Shown: piece after piece, positions 55,583 to 64,000 of the stretch
Numbering within the stretch: the stretch's first letter is position 1
Layout of the letters: each line of letters starts with the position of its first letter
NCBI GenBank assembly: GCA_024640345.1
Contig: JAHEFD010000001.1
Coordinates: 18,288-82,287 of the forward strand
Direction: 5' to 3'
DNA length: 64,000 nucleotides
Source of the DNA: Woeseiaceae bacterium
GTDB lineage: Bacteria > Pseudomonadota > Gammaproteobacteria > Steroidobacterales > Woeseiaceae
Notes under the pieces: generated by a model
What the model saw: the letters and a program-made list of their open reading frames with translations, nothing else
What the model was told of the DNA's origin: nothing
The model's database searches: none
Program-made: the position numbers and the translations under genes

Positions 55583-57562
55583 ATGACTGGCGATTCCCTG
55601 CAAGCGGTTGAAGAGGTAGTGCGGTGTATAGGCGAGGGCAATCTGGAGGCCGGATTGTCGATGTGCCGGTCGAAGTTGCAGGACAATCCGGATGACGTAA
55701 ATCTCACCGCGTTGCTCGGGGCGATCCTGTTGAAGGCAGGTCACGCTGATGATGCCCTGCAGTATTTACAGCGCGCTATTTTACTTGAGCCCGAATTTGC
55801 CAAGCCGTACGAGGATCTCGGTACCTTGTACCTTGAACGAGATAACGCGGAGCTCGCGGCAGGTTCGTTCAAAAAAGCCATCGAGCTGGGAGGACCGCAG
55901 CCCTCGGCCCTGAAGGGCCTGGTGGTCGCCCTTTATCGCTCCGGCCGTACCGAAGAGGCCGAGTCGCTCCGTTCACAATACTTCCCTGAATCGGCAGGCT
56001 CCCCGTTTTCTCCCGCGCTTGCCGAGGCTCATAAATTGCGCTCATCCGGCGACCTGCGTGGTGCAGAAAAGCTCTGTCGCGAGCTTCTTGAGAAAGAACC
56101 GGAGAATATTCCTGCGTTGCGATTGCGGGCATTCATCGCGACGGACGAAAAGAGTTATGGCAGCGCCGAGCAGCTGCTGCGCCGCGTACTGAGCATGACA
56201 CCGGACAGCGCCTCTGCCGTACTCGACCTGGCTCAGTTACTGGGAGATCGCGGCCGTTACCCGGAAGCGATGGAATTACTTGAACAGGTTTCGGACGGCG
56301 CGAGGGAATATCCCGACGCCCGGCGCTCACTTGGCGACATGCTGGCGATTGTCGGTCGATCGGCCGAGGCACAGCAGGCATACGAAGACTGCCTTCAGGT
56401 CCGGCCAAATGACCCGCACGCAATCCTGGGTCTCGCGCATATGCAGCGTATCGAGGGTCACAGCGAGGAGGCGGTCCGGTCGTATCGTCAATGTATCGCT
56501 GTCCGGCCGGATATGGGTGATGCCTGGTGGAATCTCGCGACTATGCGGGGATACGTTGCCACTGACGACGATGTGAACGCCATGCTGCAGCTGGTCGAGT
56601 CAGGCACTCTCGTGTCCGGTGCCGAAATCCCGTTTCGATTTGCCCTTGCGCGCGCATTTGAAGAGCGCAATGACTACGAACGCGCCTGGGAGCAGTATGT
56701 AGTCGCTAACTCGGCCAAGCGTGCGTTGGTTAAATACGATCCGGTAGAGATCGAATCCCAGAATCGCCTGATCAAGGAAGTATTTGACGCGACACAAGAC
56801 GCTGGAAAAAAGGCATCGATACCGAGCGATGTCACACCCATTTTCGTGTTGGGCGTTCCGCGTTCCGGTTCAACGCTTATCGAGCAGATACTGGCCAGTC
56901 ACAGTTCAGTTGCCGGGTGTGGAGAGCTGCCCTACGTAATCATGTTGTCGACTTCCGCAGCGGCTGGCAGCGCGGGCGGCCTGGTATACCCGAGGATCCT
57001 GAACGAGTTGACTGACGCGCAGTTGACCGGGCTTGGTCGAAGCTATCTGTACTACGCTTCATCACACAACGTGGATGGGAAGCCGTTCATTACAGACAAG
57101 ATGCCGGCCAATTTCTCGCATGTCGGTTTTATCAGTCGGATTCTGCCACACGCGAAAATCATCGATGCTCGCCGAAACCCGATGGCTACCTGCATTGCGA
57201 ATTACCGCCAGCTGTTCGCGCAGGGCAAGAATCAATCCTACGACCTTACAGAGCTCGGCGAGTATTATTTGCAGTATGTCGACATGATGAGTCACTGGGA
57301 CAAAATTCTGCCTGGCGCTGTTTTGCGCGTTCAATACGAAGACGTCGTCGCTGATATTGAAGGGCAGGTGCGGCGCCTGCTTGACTACTGTGAGCTTCCA
57401 TTCGAGGAAGGCTGCGTTGATTTTTACAAAAGTACGAGAGCCGTTAACACGGCAAGCTCAGAGCAGGTGCGGCAGCCGCTTTATAGTTCCGCTGTCGACT
57501 TCTGGAAAAACTATGAACCTTACCTGGATGAGCTGAGAGAAGTTCTCGCACCGATTCTGTAA
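55583..57562 (+). CDS. TPR-repeat sulfotransferase-family protein (paralog)
   Basis: TPR repeats. GVPRSGSTLIEQILASH and RRNPMATCIANYRQLF. 14 nt downstream of the MTHFR-like gene. Confidence 0.8.
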   Translation: MTGDSLQAVEEVVRCIGEGNLEAGLSMCRSKLQDNPDDVNLTALLGAILLKAGHADDALQYLQRAILLEPEFAKPYEDLGTLYLERDNAELAAGSFKKAIELGGPQPSALKGLVVALYRSGRTEEAESLRSQYFPESAGSPFSPALAEAHKLRSSGDLRGAEKLCRELLEKEPENIPALRLRAFIATDEKSYGSAEQLLRRVLSMTPDSASAVLDLAQLLGDRGRYPEAMELLEQVSDGAREYPDARRSLGDMLAIVGRSAEAQQAYEDCLQVRPNDPHAILGLAHMQRIEGHSEEAVRSYRQCIAVRPDMGDAWWNLATMRGYVATDDDVNAMLQLVESGTLVSGAEIPFRFALARAFEERNDYERAWEQYVVANSAKRALVKYDPVEIESQNRLIKEVFDATQDAGKKASIPSDVTPIFVLGVPRSGSTLIEQILASHSSVAGCGELPYVIMLSTSAAAGSAGGLVYPRILNELTDAQLTGLGRSYLYYASSHNVDGKPFITDKMPANFSHVGFISRILPHAKIIDARRNPMATCIANYRQLFAQGKNQSYDLTELGEYYLQYVDMMSHWDKILPGAVLRVQYEDVVADIEGQVRRLLDYCELPFEEGCVDFYKSTRAVNTASSEQVRQPLYSSAVDFWKNYEPYLDELREVLAPIL

Positions 57563-57651
57563 CGCAGCGCTATAGACCTGACAGGGGGTCGATACACGAG
57601 CGCACTCCTGAGTCTTTGCGATATGGGTCCGCCTCAGGGGGCGAGGGTGCG

Positions 57652-58221
57652 CTAGTTCGCGCCGAGTGCGGCAATCTGGTCGGCGGGCACGTAGTCGAAA
57701 ATGAAAGTGATGCGATCCTCTGTTCCCTTGTTCATTACAGAGTGGTTTTTCTGGTTGTTGATCTCGTACGCTTCACCGACTTTGAACTGGTATGGTCGAC
57801 CATCGATCATGAACCGCACTCGCGGATTTGTCGTGATCGGGACGTGAATCCGGTGGCCGACGTGAAACGACGGGTGCTTGTCGACGTGCGGATTGATGAT
57901 GCCCCCGGCAAGCAGCTTTGCCGCCATTGCCCTGATTACCGTTCCGCCCGGCGGATAATGTTTCGAAATAATCTCGTTCATCAGTGGCAGCGCAACGTCA
58001 GCCAGCCGGGGCCAGCCAGGCTCCTGGGTGACGGCAATCTCCGGCCAGCGATCGAGGTCCACGAACAGTACGACAATGGATTCGGTTGCATGGTGCACCT
58101 CGAATTCTTCCTGCCGGTACTTGTCTTCTTTCCAGGCGATGTCGTCCTGCGCAAGAATTGCGTCACTAAGTGCGCTTGAGTCTATGGGACCAAGGTCCCG
58201 AAGTGGCGTGTCTATGTTCAT
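57652..58221 (-). CDS. Aspartyl/asparaginyl beta-hydroxylase-family (2OG/Fe oxygenase-like) protein
   Basis: INPHVDKHP...RIHVPITTN...NNQKNHSVMNKGTEDRITFIFDY pattern of the Asp_Arg_Hydrox family. Confidence 0.6.
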   Translation of the reverse strand: MNIDTPLRDLGPIDSSALSDAILAQDDIAWKEDKYRQEEFEVHHATESIVVLFVDLDRWPEIAVTQEPGWPRLADVALPLMNEIISKHYPPGGTVIRAMAAKLLAGGIINPHVDKHPSFHVGHRIHVPITTNPRVRFMIDGRPYQFKVGEAYEINNQKNHSVMNKGTEDRITFIFDYVPADQIAALGAN

Positions 58222-58237
58222 GGGTTCGAATTATAGA

Positions 58238-60298
58238 TTACTGTTCTGCCCGAATCTCTTCGGAAAGTGAAAGTACAAAATTCCTGATCGCCTCGGCTTC
58301 CCGGACCTCGAGTTTGAATGGCGGCATTCCGTTTGATACGCGCGCCCCGCCAATCACAATGCCGTTCCAGGTTGCGTGGGTCGTTTCGTCGGCGTATCGA
58401 AGATCCGGCACGGAGCCGCCAAACCGGGCTTCGCCATCGACGCCGTGGCAACCTTTGCAGTAGCCTGCATACAACGCCTTGCCCATGCCTATCATCTCAG
58501 GCGTGGCATCGAGCGCGGGCTGATCCGGCAAAGGTGGATGGGTATCGCCCGAATCCGGTATAGCCGTGTTTGCGCCAAGCGAGAATGCCATCAACCGGGT
58601 TGGCCCTCTCGCATTGTCTGTCGCATGCATCTTCGGGTAGTAAAACTGCACACCTCCGCCCGCACCGACAGGAATCACGACGAATTGTTGCTCGCCGAGC
58701 AAATAACTGGCGGGCGCCGCGTTGATCGCCGAACCAGTGGTTACTGACCACAGTTCGTCGCCGGAATCGGCGGCGTAGGCGACAAACCGGCCTTCCGCAT
58801 TACCCTGGAAGACGAGGTTACCCGCCGTCGCCATGACGCCTCCGTTGTACGGCAAAGGATGATCGACTGTCCAGCGGACGCTCTGTGAAACCGGGTCGAA
58901 TGCGACCAGCTTGCCAGGGCTGAATTGCTTTCCATCGACTTCGGTGAACACGACCGTGTCGTCTTTGAATGTTCCGTCGCCGCGGGCTTCGAGAACGCTC
59001 GGCGCATCGACCACCGGGATATAGGACAGGCCCAGGCCCGGGTGGAAAGCCATCGGGTTCCAGCTGTGCGATCCCCACATGTTCGGCCAGACAACCGTCG
59101 TCTCGCCGCCCTTGATGTTCCAGTACTCGCCGGCCGGGTCGTAAACGGGCCGGCCGGTTTCCATGTTGATGTGGGTAGCCCAGTTTGCCTTGGCAAATTT
59201 GCCGGCTGTCAACAGTTCACCCGTATGCCGGTCCAGCGCATAGTGGAATCCGTTTTTTGGCGCGATCAGTACCGTTTCCCGATCTTCTCCATCGATATTC
59301 AGATCGGCCAGGATGATGTTCATCGTTGCATTGAAATCCCAGCTGTCCTGATCGACCGTCTGGTAGTGCCATGCATATTCGCCGGTTTCGGCGTTCACCG
59401 CGACAATGGATGACAGGAAGAGGTTGTCGCCGCCGCCGGGGCTTCTGTCCTTGTAAACGTATGGGTACGAACCGGATGTGCCGAAGAACAGCTGGTTGGA
59501 TTCCGGGTCGTAAGTCATTTCGTTCCAGCTGTGACCGCCGCCGCCATGCTTGGCCAGCGTGTCGCCTGACCATGTTTTTGCCGCCATTTTCATCGCCGGG
59601 GTGTCGTTCTCGTCGTCATTCGCGCTGGGAACGATGTAGAACCTCCAAAGCAATTCGCCGCTCTTGTGGTCGAAAGCGGAGACATAGCCGCGATCTCCGT
59701 CCGGTGATTCTGATCCCGCATTACCCACAAAGACCTTGTTGCCGCCGACATACGGAGAATCTGAAATCGAGTAGCCGGCACCGTTATCGCAGGTCTTTTT
59801 TGACCAGTTTACTTTGCCAGTCGCCGCGTCCAGGGAAATAAGCCGGCAATCGGCCGTGGTAGCAAAAACGCTCCCGTCCCACACGGCGACGCCGCGATTG
59901 ACTCGCGAGATCCACGACAGCCCGGGACTCTCGGCGAAGGATTTACGCACTTCCGGGTCGAACGACCAGAGGACCTCGCCATTGGAAGCATCGAGCGCGT
60001 AAACCACGGAATAAGCGCCGGACAGGTAGATGACGCCATCGACAACAATCGGGGTTGCCGAGATGCCGTCGGGAATCGGCAGGTTCGCCGACCATGCAAG
60101 GCCGAGCTCGTCGACATTTGCGTCGGTCACCTGTGATAAAGGAGAGTAGTGCGTGCCGCGAAAGTCACCGCCTTTCAGAAACCAGTTCGCGCCGCTCGCA
60201 GACTCGGCCAGCACCCGCTCGTTCGTTACCTTGCCTGCGCCTGGCACGGCAGTCGCCACAAACAGGAAACAGGTAAATGCAACAATTCGGTAATTCAT
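58238..60298 (-). CDS. PQQ-dependent dehydrogenase, quinohemoprotein (alcohol dehydrogenase type II-like)
   Basis: Signal peptide. VTNERVLAESASGANWF...HYSPLSQV propeller start. C-terminal cytochrome c motif CKGCHG. Confidence 0.85.
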   Translation of the reverse strand: MNYRIVAFTCFLFVATAVPGAGKVTNERVLAESASGANWFLKGGDFRGTHYSPLSQVTDANVDELGLAWSANLPIPDGISATPIVVDGVIYLSGAYSVVYALDASNGEVLWSFDPEVRKSFAESPGLSWISRVNRGVAVWDGSVFATTADCRLISLDAATGKVNWSKKTCDNGAGYSISDSPYVGGNKVFVGNAGSESPDGDRGYVSAFDHKSGELLWRFYIVPSANDDENDTPAMKMAAKTWSGDTLAKHGGGGHSWNEMTYDPESNQLFFGTSGSYPYVYKDRSPGGGDNLFLSSIVAVNAETGEYAWHYQTVDQDSWDFNATMNIILADLNIDGEDRETVLIAPKNGFHYALDRHTGELLTAGKFAKANWATHINMETGRPVYDPAGEYWNIKGGETTVVWPNMWGSHSWNPMAFHPGLGLSYIPVVDAPSVLEARGDGTFKDDTVVFTEVDGKQFSPGKLVAFDPVSQSVRWTVDHPLPYNGGVMATAGNLVFQGNAEGRFVAYAADSGDELWSVTTGSAINAAPASYLLGEQQFVVIPVGAGGGVQFYYPKMHATDNARGPTRLMAFSLGANTAIPDSGDTHPPLPDQPALDATPEMIGMGKALYAGYCKGCHGVDGEARFGGSVPDLRYADETTHATWNGIVIGGARVSNGMPPFKLEVREAEAIRNFVLSLSEEIRAEQ

Positions 60299-60457
60299 TG
60301 GCAGCTCCAGTCCAGGGTGCGGTTCTCAATATCGCTCCCGATCATAGGTGATCGCGCCCACGGGAAACAGCCCGGCACCACGTTGTGCCCCGTTCGAAAG
60401 GCGCCTGGACCCGATTTCCGGAGAAAATTACATTCTTATTCGATTGACGCTCCCCGT

Positions 60458-60487
60458 CGCGGCGCCTGGAGCCGCCGCGTCGTTTTT
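60458..60487. terminator. GC-rich hairpin immediately after the FAH-family stop codon (orientation ambiguous)
   Basis: CGCGGCG-N8-CGCCGCG then TCGTTTTT on the plus strand. On the minus (gene) strand there is no U-tract. Confidence 0.3.
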
Positions 60488-61622
60488 ACAGCGGGTCGCG
60501 ATAGGTGTCGACCGGTGGCAACTCCGCGCCCGACAGCCCGGCAGGTTTTTCTTCGCCAACGACCGGCAGTTTCAGCGTACCAATGCCCTCAATCGTCGCG
60601 GTGACCTCTTCGCCGGGCTGCAGGAACCTTTGTGCTCCTCGAACGGCCGTTCCCATTCCGGTGCCGCCGGATGTTCCGTTGTTGATGACGTCGCCGGGAT
60701 ATAGCGTGATGATCGAGGAGCCGTATTCGATCAGCTCCCACAATGAATGAATCATGTCGCCGGCAGTTGCTTCCTGCATCTGTTCATCGCCCACACTCAG
60801 TGACTGGCGCAGGATCTCCATGGGATTGCCATAGAACTCCTTGGGAACGATCCACGGTCCTTGTGGCGCAAACGTGTCATGACCCTTGCCAACAAACCAG
60901 TCGCTGGTGAAGCGAGCACCGCCGGGTGGTCGCCCGCCGCGATCGGAAATGTCCATCGTCACCATGTAGCCAAAGACATAGTCCTGGGCATCGTTGGCTG
61001 AAACGTATTTCGCGGTCTTTCCGATAACTGTACCCAACTCTACTTCCCAGTCGGTTCGGTTCCTGCCATAAGGAATAACGATCGGTGTCCGGTTACCGAC
61101 AACGGCCCCCCGGCTGGGTTTCAGGAACAGGTAGGGTACGCCGCGCTCTTCCCGTCGCAGGCGTGCGGCTTCACGACGTTCTTCTGGTGTACCTGACTCG
61201 TCGACGTGGCTGTAGAAATTGACGGCCGCATTCAGAATCTTGCCGGGATACATGATCGGTGGAAGCGTGCTGACGTCGTCAACATCGTGGATATACGCCG
61301 GCCTGGCAGCGCCGAGCATATTATTGGCGACGAGGTCATTGACGATTTCGTAGAGGCGGCGTTTAACGCCGTAGTCGTAACGTTCGATCAGCCCGATCAT
61401 GTCATCCGGGACAGGGAGGGCGGGGTAACCTGCATTTCTTTCGAGCGCTGCATTGGCCGCGTCGAGTTCAACGACCAGCTTGTCGCGGAGAACGATACCA
61501 ACCCATGGAGATCCGCCGGTATCGAATGTGCCGACTTTGAACGGTTCTGCAATTTCCTGCGCCGAACCGAACACTGGAATGAGCAGAAAAAGCGAAACAA
61601 CAGCAACAGAAACAGCGCGCAT
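60486..61622 (-). CDS. Fumarylacetoacetate hydrolase (FAH)-family protein with N-terminal signal peptide
   Basis: MRAVSVAVVSLFLLIPVFGSAQE. C-terminal FAH core ...YPGDVINNGTSGGTG...TATIEGIGTLKLPV. Confidence 0.75.
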   Translation of the reverse strand: MRAVSVAVVSLFLLIPVFGSAQEIAEPFKVGTFDTGGSPWVGIVLRDKLVVELDAANAALERNAGYPALPVPDDMIGLIERYDYGVKRRLYEIVNDLVANNMLGAARPAYIHDVDDVSTLPPIMYPGKILNAAVNFYSHVDESGTPEERREAARLRREERGVPYLFLKPSRGAVVGNRTPIVIPYGRNRTDWEVELGTVIGKTAKYVSANDAQDYVFGYMVTMDISDRGGRPPGGARFTSDWFVGKGHDTFAPQGPWIVPKEFYGNPMEILRQSLSVGDEQMQEATAGDMIHSLWELIEYGSSIITLYPGDVINNGTSGGTGMGTAVRGAQRFLQPGEEVTATIEGIGTLKLPVVGEEKPAGLSGAELPPVDTYRDPL

Positions 61623-61772
61623 GGTAATCCCCCGGAATCTCGTTGATCTTATGGAAAGCTATCCGGTTGTACTGCGGGTACCCGGTACTGTCAAGAAGCG
61701 ACGATTCCCAAATCGCGCATTGATCGAATTCCGGCACGGTTCTACTATCAACAGTCCTTCCATCGCCTGGCA

Positions 61773-62591
61773 ATGCAAATGCGACTCATACCGATTTACC
61801 TGTTGCTGGTTTTTCAGTGGGCCAGTTTCGCCAATGCGGCGGAATTGCCGGACTGGAGCGGAGTGTGGCAACGCTATGAAGGCAATGGCGGAATATTCGA
61901 TCCCTCGACCGTTGAGCCGCGAGACGGTCGCGCCGGGAGCCCCGGTGTCCGGCAATATCCGCCACTGACCAAAGCCTGGGAAGCCAGGTACGTGGCGACC
62001 CTTGCCCTGGTGGCAATGGATCGAGTTCCGGACCCGATATCGATCTGTGGCACGCCCGCAGGTTATCCGCGATTGCTGGCTTTGCCGGATGTTTACGAAT
62101 TTATAGTCCGGCCGGAAGCAACATGGATCATCACGGAGAACGGGCCGAACATCATGCGCATCTATACGGATGGCAGCGAACATCCGCCCGAGGACGAGCG
62201 CTGGCCGACCTTTACCGGCAATTCGGTCGGACGCTGGAACGACCAGGTTCTGGAGTTCACGACAGTAAGCATGATTGGTGAAAAGCACACCATTCTCGAT
62301 CGCAGTGGTTTGACGCTAAGTGACCAGGCCACGGTTGCGACTCGAATGTACCTGACCGATGAAGGGCTGCTGCGGGCCGAGCTGGTCATAGAGGATCCAC
62401 TCGCGCTGCGCGAACCCTGGCATGTTACCCGCCACTTTCGCCGGATGCCTGCCGGAACCCGCGCTTATGACTATGCCTGTGCCGAGAACAATCGAAATCC
62501 GATAACAGACTCCGGTCAGACACTCACGCTCGATACTGACGGCAACGTTATTGACAAGGTGATAGAGGGAGAGGTGATTGACAATGAATAA
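61773..62591 (+). CDS. Secreted protein homologous to the C-terminal domain of 27708..28724 and 28729..29952
   Basis: Signal MQMRLIPIYLLLVFQWASFANA. Shared landmarks are GVW.., C..PAGYPRL, GRWNDQVLEFTT (compare WEGDTLVVET), DP...EPW and CAENN. Confidence 0.65.
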   Translation: MQMRLIPIYLLLVFQWASFANAAELPDWSGVWQRYEGNGGIFDPSTVEPRDGRAGSPGVRQYPPLTKAWEARYVATLALVAMDRVPDPISICGTPAGYPRLLALPDVYEFIVRPEATWIITENGPNIMRIYTDGSEHPPEDERWPTFTGNSVGRWNDQVLEFTTVSMIGEKHTILDRSGLTLSDQATVATRMYLTDEGLLRAELVIEDPLALREPWHVTRHFRRMPAGTRAYDYACAENNRNPITDSGQTLTLDTDGNVIDKVIEGEVIDNE

Positions 62592-62952
62592 ACTCATGTC
62601 CGCTGTGGTCTTTGTACTTCTCTCCTCAACTCTGGCGATGGCGCATCACTCGAGTGCCATGTTCAACAAATCCGTGGTACGTGAGGAAACGGTTACGGTC
62701 AGGGAATTTCAATGGTCCAATCCGCATGTGTGGATTCAGATTGTCCTTACGAACGAAGAAGGCGAGGAGGTCGAATGGAGTATCGAAGGACTGGGACCCA
62801 ACAGCCTTTTCAGAAGTGGCTGGCGACCGAATTCATTCAAGCCTGGAGACGTCATAGAGATTCGATTCAACCCGATGCACGATGGTTCGAATGCCGGCGG
62901 GTTTATTGGTGCGAAATTTGCTGACGGGCACACACTGGGTACGTGGAAATAA
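62584..62952 (+). CDS. Stand-alone HHS (DUF6152-like) secreted protein
   Basis: ATG at 62584 after GAGGGAGAGG, with an 8-nt overlap with the upstream gene. Signal ...LLSSTLAMA is followed by HHSSAMF, then WSNPH and KPGDVIEIRFNP. Confidence 0.7.
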   Translation: MNKLMSAVVFVLLSSTLAMAHHSSAMFNKSVVREETVTVREFQWSNPHVWIQIVLTNEEGEEVEWSIEGLGPNSLFRSGWRPNSFKPGDVIEIRFNPMHDGSNAGGFIGAKFADGHTLGTWK

Positions 62953-62953
62953 C

Positions 62954-64000
62954 ATGATAAGAATCGCCCTGATCGTTTTGGCAGTTTTCTTGCCGGGCTT
63001 GCAGGCCGTCGCCCAGGATGGCGCGATTCTGCTACGTCCCGAACGGGTATTCGACGGTGAGCGAATGCACGAGAACTGGGTCGTTATCACGAGGGGCGAG
63101 CAGATCGTCTACGCCGGAGAAGCGGACGGCGCTGACGAATCAGGCATCGAGCGCAACATTGATTTGCGGGGAGCGACGCTGCTCCCGGGGCTGATCGAGG
63201 GTCACTCTCACATACTTCTGCACCCATACAATGAAACGAACTGGAACGACCAGGTGTTGAAGGAATCCCCGGCGGAACGGGTCGCACGGGCTGTAAACCA
63301 CGCGCGAAATTCCCTGATGGCAGGCGTTACGACGATGCGTGATCTTGGCTCGGAAGGCGCGGGTTACGCCGATGTCGGGATTCGCGATTCGATCAACAAG
63401 GGAATTATTCCCGGGCCGCGCTTATTGGTGGCCGGAAAGGCAATAGTCGCGACCGGAAGCTATGGTCCCAAAGGGTTTCACGAAGGTGTCGACGTGCCGT
63501 TGGGGGCGGAAACGGCTGACGGTTACGATGAACTCGTCAGGGTCGTTCGAAGCCAGATAGGGCAGAACGTCGATTTCATCAAGGTGTATGCGGATTACCG
63601 CTGGGGTCCAGACGGGACAGCCCAGCCCTCATTCACTCAGAACGAGCTGCAAACCATAGTTGAGGTTACCCGGAGCAGTGGTCGTCCTGTCGTCGTTCAC
63701 GCGGCAACGGCGGAAGGCATGAAGCGGGCAATTCTTGCGGGTGTTGAAACAATCGAACACGGAGACGGTGCAACGCGGGAAACCTACAAGCTCATGCGGG
63801 AACACAATGTTGCCTTGTGCCCGACGCTGGCGGCGGGTGATGCCATCGCGCAGTATGGTGGCTGGAGAAAAGGGGTCGATCCCGAGCCGCCCCGAATCGC
63901 CGCGAAGAGAAAAAGTTTCCGGGAAGCGCTCGATGCCGGTGTAAAGATCTGCTTCGGCGGAGATGTCGGCGTTTATCCGCATGGCGACAACGTTCGAGAG
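62954..64000 (+). CDS. Amidohydrolase-family protein, secreted (3' end beyond the window)
   Basis: Manual translation gives MIRIALIVLAVFLPGLQAVAQDG...LLPGLIEGHSHILLHPY...VVVHAATAEG...IEHGD. It starts 2 nt after the upstream stop and is open to the window end, so it is not in the ORF track. Confidence 0.75.
   Translation, partial: MIRIALIVLAVFLPGLQAVAQDGAILLRPERVFDGERMHENWVVITRGEQIVYAGEADGADESGIERNIDLRGATLLPGLIEGHSHILLHPYNETNWNDQVLKESPAERVARAVNHARNSLMAGVTTMRDLGSEGAGYADVGIRDSINKGIIPGPRLLVAGKAIVATGSYGPKGFHEGVDVPLGAETADGYDELVRVVRSQIGQNVDFIKVYADYRWGPDGTAQPSFTQNELQTIVEVTRSSGRPVVVHAATAEGMKRAILAGVETIEHGDGATRETYKLMREHNVALCPTLAAGDAIAQYGGWRKGVDPEPPRIAAKRKSFREALDAGVKICFGGDVGVYPHGDNVRE

Noticed and set aside
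57563-57651. Possible terminator or short peptide gene between sulfotransferase 2 and the hydroxylase-like gene
   Set aside because: The only structure is an imperfect CCTGAG...CTCAGG stem with a 20-nt loop and no U-tract. The space is too short and lacks an RBS and start codon for a credible precursor peptide.
61659-62288. 209-aa minus-strand ORF spanning the FAH / HHS-locus intergenic region and the 272-aa gene
   Set aside because: The plus-strand frame has a signal peptide and homology to two other proteins in the window. The minus ORF is Arg-rich and crosses a promoter region.
1-64000. Search for CRISPR arrays, rRNA/tRNA genes, IS elements, integrases, prophage or defence-system genes
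   Set aside because: No regularly spaced direct repeats, no transposase-, integrase- or phage-like translations and no tRNA-like cloverleaf regions were recognised by eye in the intergenic spaces. tRNAscan-SE or Infernal, and ISfinder- or DefenseFinder-type searches, would be needed to be sure.

Overview
All calls come from reading the ORF translations and the DNA by eye. No database, HMM, RNA-fold or signal-peptide software was run, so family names are motif-level recognitions. The window looks like an ordinary chromosomal segment, not a mobile element, from a moderately GC-rich, marine-type Gammaproteobacterium; that assignment is inferred only from gene content (many TonB-dependent receptors, amidohydrolases and TPR-sulfotransferases). 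I recognise about 55 protein genes and no rRNA, tRNA, CRISPR array, transposase, integrase or phage gene. Blocks from left to right: (1) a translationally coupled RdhA-like / Nudix / MBL-hydrolase operon; (2) a deacetylase and a small outer-membrane barrel; (3) a minus-strand run metA, trans-sulfuration PLP enzyme, metY, alpha/beta hydrolase and HADH/ECH fusion; (4) two secreted metallohydrolases and a MOSC protein; (5) an OmpR-type two-component system divergent from a DUF4397 lipoprotein and a nine-gene, tightly overlapping lipid-modification operon (two CFA-synthase-like genes, DUF2878, DUF1295, lipocalin, FAD oxidoreductase, DUF1365) resembling furan-fatty-acid-type clusters; (6) two secreted proteins with a predicted His-His-Ser mature N-terminus, divergent from two tandem Tat-signal SelA-like PLP enzymes, a cupin and a Na+ symporter; (7) an island of D-aminoacylases, a beta-lactamase-fold hydrolase, a MATE pump, an amidohydrolase and a PuuB-like oxidase, with two tiny Cys-rich lipoproteins; (8) a tandemly duplicated TonB-dependent receptor cassette that includes promoter, 5' UTR and terminator; (9) two TPR-sulfotransferases around an MTHFR-like gene, an Asp/Asn beta-hydroxylase-like gene and a quinohemoprotein PQQ dehydrogenase; (10) a secreted FAH-family protein and a second locus where the HHS domain and its partner domain are separate genes. 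The most novel candidate is the HHS (possible histidine-brace) protein family, its fused and split partner domain, and the neighbouring exported PLP enzymes. This is a hypothesis, not a demonstrated system.
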